Of a stretch of 64,000 bases of DNA, positions 37,583-50,270 are shown piece by piece (within the stretch, counting starts at the first letter, position 1; each line of letters opens with the position of its first letter). The stretch is from positions 45,570,001 to 45,634,000 of the forward strand of contig OX597817.1 of the NCBI GenBank assembly GCA_951406725.2, in the 5' to 3' direction. A program made the position numbers and the translations under genes. This DNA is from Octopus vulgaris (Eukaryota). The notes under the pieces were generated by a model, which saw only the letters and a list, made by a program, of their open reading frames with translations, was not told the DNA's origin and made no database searches.

Positions 37583-38205
37583 CACAATGGGGCAAGAACG
37601 CCAAACAACCGGACAACTAGGTGATACAACGAGGGACAACGAAATATCCAGAAAGACGATACAGAGGAAACAAGGACGGGTCATTCGAAGTTTTCTTTCC
37701 TCAGTCAAGCACCAGATTATGCTCGCAATTTTGCCTGATCATTCTTGAGATTGTCCAATCTGGCCAGCCGCAAGGAAAAACTAAGCTAAGAGCATTAGAT
37801 TCCTTGGAAGAAAACAGCAAATATATACAGAAACAAGGACGGAAAAAACGGACAATGTTACACAAATATAAATACAATGAAAAATACAATAAAGATAATA
37901 ACAGGGGATAACAACAGGTGTCTTTCGACTAAGGACGAATTGAATTAAGCTGGCGCGTCTGGAGATGAAACCTTAGTGCAGAGATACAAATATTTCACAA
38001 ACACAGGGAAGAATATCGATGTTGCATGGACTCAGACCAAGAACGAGAGAACAGGCTGGGCTGAGTGGCGATCACATTGGAAGAAAAGAGAGAGAAGTAG
38101 AAGCAGAGGGAGAGAAGAATTAAGGAGGGGCGAGAAAAAAGGACAGAGACAGAGTGAAGTGAAAAGTGGAGGGAGAGTAAGAAGTGCTCTCTCTCTGTCT
38201 GTCTC
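37580..38205. repeat. Probable interspersed non-coding element between (TA)n arrays
   Basis: GC-richer, strand-biased island sharply bounded by (TA)n on both sides. Single copy in this window; family not identified. Confidence 0.4.
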
Positions 38206-38209
38206 TCTC

Positions 38210-38275
<66 letters not shown>

Positions 38276-39523
38276 CATACATACATATATACATATATAT
38301 ATGTATTTGTATATATATACACACACACACATATATATATATATATGCATTCATGCAAAAATATATGTGCCTGTGTGTATGTATAGTTATATATATACGT
38401 ACGGACGTATGTATGCATGTCCATATTATTTATTACGCAATATCCTAAACATCTGAAATTCCAATACATGCATATTTGCGAGAATAAGCTAGCTGTAAGC
38501 TAGAAGTTAAATGGAAATTTTCGTCTTGCGTAAATGTCATAAAAGTAATATGTTGTAAACTTTAGAAAATGGGGCTATGATAGTTAAATATCTACGAAAC
38601 GCAACAGGATATAAATGTAGTAGAATTTAAAACATTACAAAACATGTATAAACATATAAATATATATTTATATATATACGATAAATTCTAGCGCATTTTA
38701 TCCTGCATTATAATAACAGACAACACAATGGTTGTGCGCGCAGTTAAACACAACTGACGGTCGATTTGCTGTTCTGGCATTCTTATTTATGTGCTTACAA
38801 TTCGATTTTGCTTTTATACAACTAGTAGGTGATACAATAACTGTAAAATTATATGGAAGTTTCAAATTTAAAGACGCTTTCCTCTTTTGATAATTTTTAT
38901 TTATGTAGTTTTACGAAGATGGGATTCATGATGCTTGAGCAAAGCCGAATGATGCAATACGATTTTTAAACGGAAACAATTCAAGCAAGATTGACACCAA
39001 CAGATAAAAGCTTTCAGATTTTTGATACCTTTCGTTGTAAGTGAAAGAATAAAAGCGAAAGACATGAAAAATAAAATGATAGAACTCAAATGATGAAAAA
39101 ATAAGAATAGAAAGATATAATTACTGTTGAAAAAGTTATGCATTTTCGTAGCAAAGTAGTGCAAAAGACAAGAAATATTATACACATGACAGGCTACTCC
39201 CAAGTGTTGACAATGAACATATTTACGTCCGTATACATACACACAGGCATGAATACATACATACATACTTACATACATGCATGAATACATACACATATGT
39301 ATGTTCATATATATGTATATATATGTGTGTGCGTGTATATAAATATATCTCTATCTCTCTCTCTATCTATTTATATATGTATATATATAATTTATTTAAA
39401 AGCAGAAATATAACAAAAGCTGTTACTTGAAGTAACTTTTGTTATAGTTCTGCTCCTTTTAAATAAAGCCTATTACTCTACCTCTGGTATTCCAGTACTC
39501 TTTTTTCCACCTTGTTTAATATT

Positions 39524-39526
<3 letters not shown>

Positions 39527-39619
<93 letters not shown>

Positions 39620-39730
39620 GATAGATAGATAACTACATACATACATACACACATACACACATCCATCCATCCAACCATCCATCCATCCATCCATACATAC
39701 ATACATACATACATACATTCATACATACAT
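39527..39730. repeat. (TA)n/(ATCC)n/(ATAC)n compound microsatellite
   Basis: Seen directly. Confidence 0.95.
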
Positions 39731-41289
39731 ATTACATGTTCTATGAAAATTGATTCTTAGATGATCCTAAAGAATGGTAATCCTTTGTATAGTTTCTAGT
39801 AAGTACTCTCTGAATGCACGTTGCATTTTCGCCGCATTCCATTTAGTTTTTTGCATGGATTTTTAATTCCTTATCTTCCGTTTTTCCTCGTTTGAAATCC
39901 AATGGGGGCTGACCAAGCAAATGTTTTGGAGGCCAATTTCAAATGCTTTCTTTTACATCATCTATTTCATCTTATCTCATTTGGGGAATATGTTAATATG
40001 AATCTCTTTGTGTACCTCTACATTGCCTCTAACTCATTGTAGCATATATCCTAAAGGTAATAAGATTCAACAGTAAGGATGGGGGAGTTTCAGTAAAACA
40101 GTCATCTGTTAATTGCTATTTATTCACTTTTGAATCATAAATACTTATGTGAGTGCGTAGCTTTTCTACACTTTAGAATGATATTCATCTGGCTATTTTA
40201 ATGAATATTAGCATTTAAAATGTATATGAAAGTAAGGCACTGTCATCCTCCGTGCAGGGTTTTGTTTCATGGCCTCTTTTATATATGTAAACTACAAATT
40301 AATTTTAAAAAATCTTGAACCATCTCCTGCATCTTTTTTTGTTCTCCTTGTAAGATAACGTTCTCTTCTAAAAGTGTAATCAATCTTAGCATGATATTAA
40401 TAGAAACGTTTAGGTTATGATAATGGAATAAGCAATCTGTAGATCTGTGAGGTTTCTTAAATTAAATACTCACATTGAGATATTCTCCTTGCTTTCGTGA
40501 ATTAATCCCGTGTCTCGCCCCCCTTATTCTGTAATGATATTTCGGAACAGTTTTGAATATACTTCGTATGTCGTTATTGAATATATAACTCTTAAAATGG
40601 CCTCGTTTAATTTCTCATGAGCAGGAGCAAGGGTGCAGTCTAACAATATCTATGGCATCACTTTCAACTTTCACATTGACTTGTTATAAATGAAGGCTTC
40701 GTCTGACAATGTGGTTCTAGAGAGTGTCGTAGTCAAGATTAATACTCTTTGTTCAGAGAAGTGGCAGAATAAGACGGTTCTAAAATGCAATAAAAAATAT
40801 TTCTACTCTCCGAATCTTCATTAAACGTCATCATTTACTTTTAATGTTGTTGCTTTCGTTTGCGTTTAATTAATGATTCTAATATTATTTCCATAACAGA
40901 ATGTTGTCATCAACATGACTTCAAACGCCTTTGCATTTGGCATAAGAAGAAATTATATTTATTTCCTTTCTGGATTAGCTCTAATGCCATATATTTCTCT
41001 TAATTGTGAAATAATTGTTTCCTTCCTAAAAGAAGTGAGAATTTGAAATATTGAAATGGTTTGTTTTGTAGCAGAATCATTAGAATATATGCGTGCATGT
41101 CGTTTACATATGAAAAACCTTTTCTTATTTAATATTTCTTAAACATGCATCATACTCTCAGACGCCAAACTCCATGAATAGACATCTTGAAAATACCCTT
41201 CAGCAGCAAGTAAACACACCCCCTCACACTCTATGAATGATTAGCAGCACTCTGCTAGACCCGTCCTAATCATTCCAGCCTTGAGGTTC

Positions 41290-41580
41290 TTTTGTGGATG
41301 TTGTCAGCACTGTAATCAATAACATATCAATAAACTCAACAATACTGGGCTTAGTAAATTAGTTTGGTCTCTAGAGGAACATTATTAACAATACGTTTTG
41401 GATTGGAAAATTCTATCTAGAGCCTTCCCATATGACAAATGTAAAATTTTTGTCCGGTCTCCAATGAAGAACTATTTTTTAAACCTTTTCTCTATGAACA
41501 CTCTTGTAAACGAGTTTAAGGAATGCGTTTATTGTTGTAAACATTGGCAAAAGCATACCCTTAGTTCCTATAAGTAATTT
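41290..41580 (+). mobile_element. Decayed PLE endonuclease C-terminus (Naiad-like type)
   Basis: NKLNNTGLSKLVWSLEE..YVLDWKILSRAFPYDKCK..C...EE..TLVNEFKECVYCCKHWQKHTLSSYK* resembles T.LSK.VW.LK...W.IL.RA.PY..C.LC..E...LN...E....CRH..K. Confidence 0.7.
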
Positions 41581-42134
41581 CAACCAATCTAAAAAAGTCG
41601 ACCTTTAACTGTCTTCTTGCATTTAATTTCCACTTCATATATCTATTTCCACGCTTTTAAACTTTATTTCCATTTATCTATCACATTATATTTTACCAAT
41701 TTTATTTTTCTGTTAATGTCTTTCTTTATCCTCATTTCTTTTTTTCTACTTTACCTTTGACGTTAAATCTAGTAGCGGATTTTTAAAAAATAAGTTACTA
41801 GATTTCTCATTCCATCATATAGTAACGTGCGCGGTAATCACAATCGGTTAAAATGGCTTATTGATGTATTTTATTCCTTTTTACCTTGAGGAGATGATTG
41901 CATTTTTTACATTATTTTTATTCCCTTAGAATTAATTTCAATGCTTTCTTTGAAACATATGCTAGAAGAATAAATGATTTGAATCACACCTGCGCTTGAC
42001 TCCAATTCTTAATATATATATATATATAGATGGATGGTTGGATGGATGTAAAAGAAATATATATATAGATAGATGCATACATACATGTATATATCCATCT
42101 AAAGTAACTTGATGTAGTGATATGCACACTGTAT

Positions 42135-43035
42135 TGCTCACCCGATGCCTCAAATCATAATGGAGAATTTTAGGACGGCCTCAGTGCGATGAAGGAAGTA
42201 CTAACTAAACTGTATCAACGTACTACTATATTCCTGATATGTGACTTCAATTTTCCCAAGATCATTTGTCCTGAGGGCAATATAACTCTAGGAATGACGC
42301 GCAAAGAACGAAATCTCTACTTGATCTTATGAAAATGCTATTCATGTAGAAGAACATACTCTCTCCAACCAGGCACACAAATATCCCGAACCTCTGTTTT
42401 ACAGACAATGTGGACATTATCCACAACGTTTAATATATCACCGACAATATTCACAGACCAAAACATGATAGAACGGACAATGTGTGGCTCGGAATTAACT
42501 AAATATAAACTCCGCACAGCTGGCGCTCAGAATCTATCCAGCTTATATTTCTATAAGGCTAAGTATAAATCACTTGAAAAACAGATACTAGACTACAAGC
42601 CTCTCTATGCAAGACATAGATATGAAACTCAATAAAATCCTGTCAATAATGCGAGTCATATGCATTAAATATACACATTAAATATGTCCACGAAAACATC
42701 AGTTCCCTCGACAGAAGAATACTCATGCGGTGAATATTAAAGATCGCAAATCTTTTAAACAAACACTTTAATGACAGTGTGAAATACCACCTGACAGTGA
42801 AACTCTTCTAGATTGAAATTAATTCAAAATCTCCCATGAAAAAGAAAGAGAAGAAAGAGAAATCTGGGTAGTTAAAAAAATAAAAATAAATCCCAAAGCC
42901 TTCTACTCATTTGCAAAGGAGTATGCCTCAGTACACTATAAGATAGGGCCACCATTTTGTAAAAACAGCTCACTAACTGCAGACCCGGACAAGATAAGGG
43001 AAGCACTAAATAAACAATTCCGAACTGTTTTTGGA
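42135..43035 (+). mobile_element. Decayed CR1-like LINE fragment (APE endonuclease and linker)
   Basis: YCSPD..IFLICDFNFPKI..SPTRHTNIPNLCFTDN..IFTDQNMIE ... KINPKAFYSFAK..IGP..ALNKQFRTVF. Corresponds to YRSP / GDFN / PTR..NILDL / SDH / NPK.FY motifs. Confidence 0.8.
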
Positions 43036-43226
43036 ATTGAATTATATTTCCATTTTATTGGGAATATATGTATTCATAGAAGTTTTGGATGCGTATTTCA
43101 ATTATGTTCTTTTAGACTTTGCCTTTGTTGCCTGCATAATAATTTTATTTCAAAAATGGCTCACAATGAGCACAACACTTTCCATCTTTATTAATGTGAG
43201 TTATTGTTAATAACAAGCTCTAATTA

Positions 43227-43257
<31 letters not shown>

Positions 43258-43363
43258 CTTTTATATATTTGCTTTGCAAGTTTCTTGGTGTGAAATCGTG
43301 TGTTGAAACAGATGTTGTTGTATTTAGGAATGGTCATGTGGCCAGTTTAGCCAATAAAGCAAA

Positions 43364-43408
43364 GGACCACTGATTAGGTCACAGACGTGTGACGAAAGAA
43401 CTCTGGCC
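43364..43408 (+). ncRNA. Minimal type I hammerhead remnant within a 44-bp inverted repeat
   Basis: GGACCA-CTGATTA-G-GTCACA-GACG-TGTGAC-GAAA-GAACTC-TGGCC. Perfect 6-bp stem II; G8 is changed to T. Confidence 0.6.
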
Positions 43409-44114
43409 GAAATAAGATTACGATTAAGGTACAAAATAAAATAAAGCTGGAGCAAATTAACATCAAATATATAGTGAGTATGTTTATATTGGCTAAGCTG
43501 GCAACATGACCATTCCTAAATACAACAACACCATATATATATTTATTATGACAGTTATCTAAATGTACCGGTAGACAGAACATTTTTTATCATAGTTATC
43601 ATAGTTTTGTCACTGTGATATTGTTGTCTTCTGTATGAACGCATCCCAGAGTAATTAGCGTAATTCAAACTCATGTAGCACAGCCTTATGATAGTTCTGT
43701 TTTCTGTAACAGAATAGTGTTTTGTGCGTTATTCTCCTTAAGGATATCCTTATATAAGTATGCTATTTAACTACAATTATCCGGTTGTTTGTTATTCTTA
43801 AATTAATGGTAGTTCGTTTGCGTAATTTACGTGAAGGTCTAGAATAGAAATAAGGATGGTCTATACAAAAACATCCCCCTATTCAACTCTGGATAATTCG
43901 TGGCTAAGTATAAGGTGTGTGTTTTCCTTTTTCTTACCATAAGAATGATATTTATATTTTTACTTGTTTATAACATATTTCTTGATATTTCTTTTCTTAT
44001 CTTATGTTCCCAAATGTTTCGGGAATTATGTTGCATCCTCATAAGTGTAAAATATTCAAAGTTTTAAATAATACACCTCGTAAACTTAAAGTTTCTGAGC
44101 GTCTTCTGATCTTT

Positions 44115-44395
44115 TGTGGCATTCCTTCGATATAGCTCGACAAGGTCGAGACATCTCACTTCGGGTATTTCCGTGGGTTGTGGTGTATAGATGTAACGAA
44201 ATTATGCCAGCAATGTCCCATTTTAAACTTGAAGAAAAAAAAAGCCTTTCATATTTGTTCGTACCTGTTTCGTGTGGGTATGTAAAATCCGCAAATTTCC
44301 AAGCGGAAAACAGAATCGAACTGTCATTTGCTTCCACGGAAATACCCAAAGTGTAGTATTTTGATTTTGTTGAGTTATGTCGAAAGAATGCCCCA
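44115..44395. mobile_element. Palindromic MITE-like element
   Basis: GGCATTCCTTCGATATAGCTCGACAA..CACTTCGGGTATTTCCGTGG is an inverted match to CCACGGAAATACCCAAAGTG..TTGTTGAGTTATGTCGAAAGAATGCC. Confidence 0.7.
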
Positions 44396-47109
44396 TTTTG
44401 TTATTCGTCTCAAAATATTGGTAGGGACGGGGCACTCTCGACCCATAAACTTTTAATCCAATGTGTGTTTTTAGATAATGACGGTGACAGCTGAAGGAAA
44501 TTACACAATTACTTCCAAATATTTTCCTAAAAGCTTGAGAGTGATTAACATGCATTTTCAGCATTCTTTGTTATGTTGTCACATGTTAGTGCTGGGATTA
44601 TTCATTAGTTCGTCCCTTCTGCTATTTATAATTCTCTTATTGTGGTGCAGAGGTTCGCTTCATATGATTTGATGCTGAAATATGTTTGTTTAAATATCTT
44701 TTAATTTGTTCTCTGGTAGAACGTTTTAGTGTGCATTTCAAATATCTTTTGTTTTTTATTTGTTTTGAAAATTCTGTATTCTGTTCGAGTTTTAATAGGA
44801 TCAGTTGTACTACTTTTTTAACGTGCAATGCACTTTTATGCTCATACAATGCATTCTCTGTTCGTTTACCCATTTTCTCAAATTTCCATCCTCCTTCTTA
44901 TTTGATCCTATTTTGTTCTTTATTTATTTGTCTTTCAAATGTATATTTCCTTTATTTTTCTATAAAATACTTTTATTCAGTTTCTTTTTCAACTTCAAGA
45001 AATGGGTGTTTTTACACTATTAAGTAGAGAAATAATTTTCTGGATGTCGATATCATCCAGGCTACGGAGAAAATTAGGTCATTTAAACATTTGATCTCTA
45101 ATGCTTCTTTCAGAACAAATATATGAGGCGCCTGGCTGTATACTTCAGTATAGTTTTCAAAGATGTTTCCGATTGTTTTATTAATTTACTTCTTTCATTT
45201 TGTATTTACAGCTTCGAGATATGTTACACTTGATCCTGAAATTATTGATTTTGTTGTTGCATCTCTTTCCTTTGTTTCTGTTAGAAATACCTGCTGGTCG
45301 AATTTGCTTATTTGTGGTTACATGCGGTTGTAGTATTTTAATGAGAATATAAATATATATTGTTAGTGCAGGGTATTCAAATGTTAGCGCACATAGGGTA
45401 TTACAAATATATTCGCTTTCGTTTTGGTGTTTTGTATTTGATTTTGTTTTATGCGCTATTTTCATTGTTTAAAACATTTACAAAATTTTGCTAATTTATT
45501 TTACGTTCTGCAATTTATTTATTCATTCATTATCTTCAGACTTCATATATATTTTTTAACTCTGTAACTTAAATGCTGTATGAATCCATACTGTATGAAT
45601 TCTCAGTGAAGCATTTTGCCTGTTAAGTTTGAAAATTTTTATTTAATTTTGATAAATGTGAGCAGTATGCATCATATCTCCTTGAAGAAAAAAAATTAAC
45701 AAAACATAGAAACGTGACGATTGACGATATCGCAATTCTCAAAAACGCTGACTGGCAGATATTGTCCTTACTCTTGTTATATTATTGATTACTGTATTGC
45801 ATATTATTCGCTTTGTTAATACGAAATCACAGATATTATTGCTTTGCCTTTCATTATCTGGAGGTCGATAACCTAATGATGATGAACTATTATACATCGA
45901 TCCACTTAATCGACTCCTCCTATTCTCATAAATTTGCAGTGTAGCAATATAAGAGAGAATGCGCAACAAGTATTTTCTTTGCTTTTTCTCCATATTTCCT
46001 CTTTCTCAAAAGAATTCGGTGTTTAAATTCTCGTAGGGGTCAACTTTGAATATTCTCAAACACGAGAATCAATGAAATAAATTCTGAAATTTCATTGGAT
46101 GATATTCTACATAATTTCAACATTGGTAGAAACCAATATTATAAGCATAAATTCCATTTTCCAAATCATACACATATACATGCTATGTAGAATTCTATTT
46201 AGTTTCCAGTTACGGCATTAATTCTTTCCTTTTCTTCCTCTTATTTTTATGCAGTATACGTTGTACGTTCTAAAGTATATTTCCATTGAAATATTGCATA
46301 TAATTCGTAGATTCGCTTCCAAATTTTCTTTTCCAAAATTCTAAGTCGTCGAGTCAAATCTGCTTTGCGAGTCTTTAGTTATTTTTCCAAGTTCTTCGTT
46401 TTTCATTTTATTGATTTTTTACTTCGAAGGGTATGCTATATTGAGATTTAAGCGAATAATACAACATATTAGTGTGTATATACGTAAGCAAATTTTTATG
46501 TATATGACTATGTGCATATGTGTGTGTCTCTGTACGTGAGCGCGTGTGTACTATGTAATTGTGTTTATCGTCAAATAGACATGTACACATACATTCATAT
46601 GTACATACATATATATAAATTAGATATATCGATCGATCTGTCTAGCTAGATAGCTATATGATATATATATATGCGTGTGTGTGTGTATATGTATATATAT
46701 ATACATGGACACATATTTCTTGAGAAGTTCATTTTCAAAGTATACTCCATCAAAGATGGTATTAATGATATTTAATTGTATATATTTTGTACATATCATT
46801 AACTTTCGTTACTGTCAAATGTATCCTGCAGGCTTCCGTTTTTCTTAATGATGGTGATTTTGATCGTTAAATCTTCAATTTTCGGAATGCTTTTAACTTC
46901 TTCGTGTGATATATGGAACTCAGCTGAAACTATAGCCTTTATTGTGTAGTAGATTTCTCTAATCTCCTCCCATCGTCTTTTGTCAATAGTTGCATGTCAA
47001 GAAGTCCCTATTCCTCATCTTTCTTTTTCTTCTTTCTATTATTTTCTATCTATAAATTCCTTTTCCATCAATTTTTCTTTTTCTCCATCCATTATTTTCA
47101 TTTCACATA

Positions 47110-47139
47110 TCTTTATTATTTTTATTATTATTACTATTA

Positions 47140-47173
<34 letters not shown>

Positions 47174-47220
47174 CATTATTATTGTTGTTATTGTTGTTGT
47201 TGTTGTTGTTATTATTATAG
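47110..47220. repeat. (ATT)n/(GTT)n array
   Basis: Seen directly. Confidence 0.95.
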
Positions 47221-47222
47221 AG

Positions 47223-47940
47223 TTAGAGAGTAGCATATGTCATCAAAGTGACACTGGGCTAAAAATATACGAAGCCCAATATACCTACCGTGACTACACA
47301 CCCGATAAGTGTAAATTAGGCGCATGCATCACAACCATACGTATGCGTCATGGTTATTTCATATCAATGTAAGCTGCGCAGGACTTTCCGGGTGGGATCC
47401 AGTAAGAATTTTCTTTGTTTTCCATGAGACATTTCGAGATATTGAGAACCTTGTAGTTGCCTGTACCATTGGGAACAAAACACCTATGTTGCCAGATTTG
47501 GATTATTCTAATCCCTAAGAATTACTATCAACACATGACTATTTCTGCTCGTGATCATAGATGCACATAACGACAGCCACTAAGGGATATGTTCAGCTGG
47601 TTAAGGTGTTTCTAGTTTTCCTCCACTTATACTCTGTGTTCTCAAAAGTTTTGCAACATTGTCTCTGAGGCAAGAGGAATTCCTTTTCTAGCCTACATCT
47701 GCTTTGATTTTTCTGTGAGGTTACTTTTGTCCCTAGTCTTTAGTGTTTTGTCTGTTAGAAGTATAAAATATATGTACTCTAAATTCTATTATTAATATAA
47801 TAGGAATTCTGTAATAGTAAGATTTATTTTATGTCGGCGGCTTTGAAGATTAGGTGTTTATACCGAGTTCGTCATTATTTTTAACCCGAATGTATTCCTC
47901 ATGTCACTAAATCTTTTCCTCGCCTTCTTTAGTAATGCTG
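47223..47940 (-). mobile_element. Heavily decayed R4-like element whose 3' UTR ends in (AAT)n
   Basis: 47223-47340 is homologous to 19031-19150. Only faint motifs upstream (RFSDM..TFGLK, RKTRNTLT, IGVL, RKVLRS). Confidence 0.4.
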
Positions 47941-48072
47941 TTCCCATATTTACGCTTTCAGAATATTTGTTTCCATCTTTATTAAAACTGAAAAACCTGC
48001 ATCTTCATTATTTGTAATCCTGGAAAGAAGAACTATACATACATACACTCATGCATATACAACACAAACATG

Positions 48073-48114
<42 letters not shown>

Positions 48115-48149
48115 TAAATATATGTATATGTATATATATATGTATGTAC

Positions 48150-48235
<86 letters not shown>

Positions 48236-49096
48236 TCATGCACACATACACACACATATATTCATGTATGTGTGAATGTATGTATATACACGCATGTGTA
48301 TTTCTGTGTGTGTATGTGAATAAAATTATATGTATGTAGTTGTGAGTCTTCCCCGATTAATTGATATGAAACCTTTGGTTTGTTTATTTTTCCTTTAGAC
48401 AAATACTTTCGCCATGTTTCTTTGCTTTGAAAGCCTTAAACCATTTTCTGATTACAATTTATGAAAGAATGTAATATTAAAAATGATGCCGCATATATTC
48501 CATATCTACTCGTCAAATAACACCTGATGTCTCGCACATCTGTTAGTAGGGAGAAATATTCCAAATGTATTGACGTGATTCCAATGTAATTTTTAATACT
48601 GTAATATTATTTAGCAATTCCGAATGCCAATATGGGCGCTAGCATAACATAAATAATAAAAATTAAAAGTTTCATCTTAACGCGCATTTCTATATAGAAA
48701 TATTTATAATATCAGGACACTTGTATACTCTGTCTTATGTGCTACATTCTCAATTATATTTTTTTGTCATGTTATTCTGCCATAGTTTATTTTAATAGTC
48801 TTCCGCCATACTGCAGCATCTACTTGAAGTGTTTAAACCTTACAAATCAAACCCGGTACTTAAGGTGCCGGGTTTCTTACAGGGAGTATCTAGTTTAACA
48901 GGAGCTATAAGAATAAAATTTCAGCGTAAATACGTATGCATATGTACATGCACACACACAGAAACACTCACTCGCGCGCGCGCACACACACACACACACA
49001 CATACAGGCTCACACACATACAGAACTTCCTGTGCCATGTGAAAATTTTATGACTCGTCTGTATTTGATCTTTGATCTTTCCATAATATATATATA

Positions 49097-49852
49097 TCTC
49101 TCTATATAAACGGCAGTTTGTCTGTGCGTGTTTCTGTGTGTCTGTTTTCTCGTACCCTCACTCTGACCACGGCTTTCAACCGATTCTGATGAAACTTGAC
49201 ACACACATAGCCCAATGTCATAATTCAAAACTAACGCAGCGAAAATTTTGAAAAGTTCCCCCAGTTCTGAAAAAAAATCGATAAATTCGACATGGGGTCG
49301 AGAATGAGAAACCCAAACCACAGACCGTCTAGGGGACGCAACTCCACCTGTTTTAACTCTCAAAAAAAATTTACCATCATTTTTTTTCCATTTTTTTGCT
49401 ATTTTTTGGCTATAACTCTCTAAAAATGCTTTATAGTTATTTCCCTTACAAACCTGAGCAACGCCGGGCGATACTGCTATCTCTCTCTATATAAACGGCA
49501 GTTTGTCTGTGCGTGTTTCTGTGTGTCTGTTTTCTCGTACCCTCACTCTGACCACGGCTTTCAACCGATTCTGATGAAACTTGACACACACATAGCCCAA
49601 TGTCATAATTCAAAACTAACGCAGCGAAAATTTTGAAAAGTTCCCCCAGTTCTGAAAAAATCGATAAATTCGACATGGGGTCGAGAATGAGAAACCCAAA
49701 CCACAGACCGTCTAGGGGACGCAACTCCACCTGTTTTAACTCTCAAAAAAAATTTACCATCATTTTTTTTCTATTTTTTGGCTATAACTCTCTAAAAATG
49801 CTTTATAGTTATTTCCCTTACAAACCTGAGCAACGCCGGGCGATACTGCTAG
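49097..49852 (+). mobile_element. Head-to-tail dimer of a ~380-bp non-autonomous Helitron in (TA)n
   Basis: Units 49097-49479 and 49480-49852 are near-identical. 5' A|TC start, GTCT-like tract, ACCGATTCTGATGAAACTTG, 3' GC-rich hairpin (CCTGAGCAACGCCGGG), then CTAG|T. Confidence 0.88.
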
Positions 49853-49867
49853 TATATATATATATAT

Positions 49868-50270
49868 GGCTGCGAGCTGCCAGAAACGTTAGCACGCCGG
49901 ACGACATGCTTAGCGGTATTTCGTCTGCCGCTACATTCTGAGTTCAAATTCCGTCGAGGTCGACTTTGCCTTTCATTCTTTCGGGGTCCATAAATTAAGT
50001 GACATTTACGCACTGGGCTCGATATAATCGACCTAATCCGCCTGTCTGTCCCTGTTTATCTCCTCTGTGTTTAGCCCCTTGTGGGTAGTAAAGAAATAGG
50101 TATTTCGTCTGTCTTTACGTTCTGAGAAAAATTGCGCCGAAGTCGACTTGTCCTTTCATCCATTCGGGGTCGATTTAATAAGTACTAGTTACGCACAGGG
50201 GTCGATGTAATCGACTTAATCCCTTTGTTTGTGCTCTCTATATTCAGCCCCATGTGGGCAATAAAGAAAC
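49868..50270 (+). mobile_element. SINE family A dimer
   Basis: Head plus two units joined at GAAATA|GGTATTTC. Confidence 0.9.

Noticed and set aside
37670-37990. Minus-strand CTGAGGA-AAG/CTT-CGAA and CTAAGG/CCTTAG-GAAA motifs
   Set aside because: Stem I does not pair, or the core is incomplete.
49185-49200. CTGATGA as a hammerhead core
   Set aside because: It is part of the conserved Helitron-type CCGATTCTGATGAAACTTG motif and has no ribozyme stems.
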